A stretch of DNA of 64,000 nt from Hydrolagus affinis (lineage: Eukaryota): assembly GCA_012026655.1 (NCBI GenBank), contig JAAILG010000261.1:1-64000 (forward strand), written 5' to 3'. A program made the position numbers and the translations under genes. Shown here in pieces: positions 62,125 to 64,000 of this stretch. Every line of letters begins with the position of its first letter. Position 1 is the stretch's first letter. The notes beneath the pieces are model-generated. The model ran no database searches, was not told the DNA's origin, and saw only the letters and a program-made list of their open reading frames with translations.

Positions 62125-62795
62125 TCTACTATTCTTTGAGCCCGTTTATCCGGCACCCGCGGGACCTGGCCAATGCCTGCCGGATATTCGGGCGGCCCGC
62201 GGCCAAAAACCCACCACAAAAAAATTCAAGTTCTTTTAGCACACACCATACACACCAGACTAAATAATGACAGATAATAACAGAATATTGTGTTGGTATT
62301 TATTGTTAAAACTACTCTGTTGCGCTTCTCACCTTTACTGATTAAGGTTAACAATCCAGTGATTTTTTAAAAAATGGAGGACGCCAAGCGGGTGAAAAAA
62401 ACGGCAGCCCAATTGTAAAGCCGCGCAACTTTACTAGCGGCAAGCTGATAACCCTAGACTCTACTAGCGGCAAACCGAAATACTGCACCTGCGAGACAAT
62501 GTGGGTTATTGGCTAGGGTTATCGGCTTGCTGCTGGTAAGGCTTTAAAGTTGCGCTCCGTTTTTTGGACTATAAACCTCAACCGCAGCATCTACCAGCAA
62601 AGGTGAGAAGTGCAAGAGAGTAGTTTTAACAATAAGTAACAATACAATATTCTGTTATTACTTATGCATTTACAATTGCTCCACCGCTATTGTTCCGGAT
62701 AAGTTCCGGTTTATTGAATGGGGATCTTTTTTTTGGCGTGCTGGTTATATGGAAGTGCCGGTTCATCAAGTCATGGATAAATGGGCTTCTACTGT
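62125..62795. mobile_element. Non-autonomous DNA transposon (Tigger/pogo-like termini) with nested internal inverted repeats
   Basis: Termini gagcccgtttatcc and ggataaatgggcttctactg; internal arms 62275-62340 / 62595-62660 and 62431-62457 / 62513-62539. Confidence 0.7.
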
Positions 62796-63939
62796 TTATC
62801 ATTGTTTATCAATAATGCAAGTATTATTGTAAGTGTCATTTTTCAATCATGGTAGTTGCACACAGCAAGGAAGGGCCAAAAGCATATATCTGTTTGATGG
62901 CCACAACACAGAAGTTCATTATTTTTAAAATCCAACTATCAAGTCATCCAGGATGTTTAAAATACTTTTTTTCCCCAAAAAAACACTTATAAACAATGAA
63001 ATTCTTCTATTTGATTTTAAATAACTGAACAATTCAGATTTCATTTTTTTTGGTGAAGTTAGCCTTTGAAGTTTAAAGTTTGTGAAAATCCATTTTATGT
63101 AAATCCCCCAAAGGTCAACTTTTAAATTGCTGCTTTAATGTATTATCGAATTAAATCTCATTCTCTTTTAATAAAAAAGTTTAACTTTTGTCATTAGTTT
63201 TTTTTTAAAAAAAGCAAAGTATTAACTTAGTAAATCATTAAAATTGCTTCTTTCTTGTTTTGACTACATGAAATTTCTACAGCAGCAACTTCATTAATGA
63301 TAGTCCAGAGGCTGAGATTTGAAAACAGAACCAAGACAAATTTAAAGCTATATCTAATGTGTCTTACCATTACTTATTCATGAGCATCAATACAATGTAT
63401 AGCATTGTTTCAGACAGTATTTTAACCAGCAATGACATAGTTAAGATTAAAATTCAAATGCAATGTTAGTCGGCAAAATACAAGGTCAGTTTGGAATCCC
63501 CTGAGCAAATTGCACAAATTAACCATAAAAGTGCCACTTTCCATCTCACAACATTGCTGTGGTGCTAGTCATAAGTTTGATATCCTTAAATTATTTAGGA
63601 GTGTTCATACATTAAATATTATAAGACTTGATCTATCTATGCTTAGTCTATCTGCTGAGAATTGAAAAGTAAAAGAGGAAAATTTCTACATCTTGATTCT
63701 CAAAGTGTTAATACTGTACTGTATTCTGTTCCCTTACAGCCTCTCTCCACTTTCCCATTTCAGTATCTTGTCCCCAGACACATCCTCCAGCATTAAGGCT
63801 GAGCATTTCAGATTCCCACTACATACATCTTCGTTGTAATTAACCAACAAAAGACACAACTTTCCCAGAAAAGAAAACAGACGTTAGTCTTTCCTTCCTC
63901 ATCCCAATAATAGACAATTCTATCAGAAGATAGGCAGAA

Positions 63940-63956
63940 TACACACACACACACAC
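63940..63956. repeat. (CA)n microsatellite
   Basis: Direct reading. Confidence 0.85.
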
Positions 63957-64000
63957 TATAATATAGACTGGTACATTGCAGTTTCAAGCAGCCTTTGGAC

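Noticed and set aside
1-64000. CRISPR array, rRNA or prokaryotic/viral system
   Set aside because: No regularly spaced direct repeats, operon-like ORF density or rRNA-like sequence; this is intron-rich vertebrate DNA.

Overview
AT-rich vertebrate genomic DNA with two assembly gaps (48386-48561, 55307-55406). The repeat content (tRNA-head SINEs with Deu/L2-type tails, SacSINE1-like, LF-SINE-like, CR1 and L2 relics) suggests a cartilaginous fish, possibly a holocephalan; that is inference. The only protein-coding gene I can support is a minus-strand receptor protein-tyrosine phosphatase epsilon (PTPRE). I traced 19 coding exons by hand (39133 to 16686). They splice into one open frame of 682 aa from the ATG at 39129: short Ser/Thr-rich ectodomain, TM helix, catalytic D1, D2 and C-terminal YANF. 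No signal peptide is encoded in these exons. A candidate upstream exon (46970) could supply one through an internal donor, or act as a uORF exon through its stronger distal donor. Other points of interest: a GC-AG intron in D1, two SINE-L2 fusions joined at the same SINE hairpin, perfect hairpins, a nested-palindrome DNA element, and inverted SINE pairs bracketing exons. I see no CRISPR, prokaryotic system or clearly new protein family. Most supplied ORFs are spurious or repeat-derived. Repeat boundaries are approximate and family names come from recalled consensus features, not from a search.
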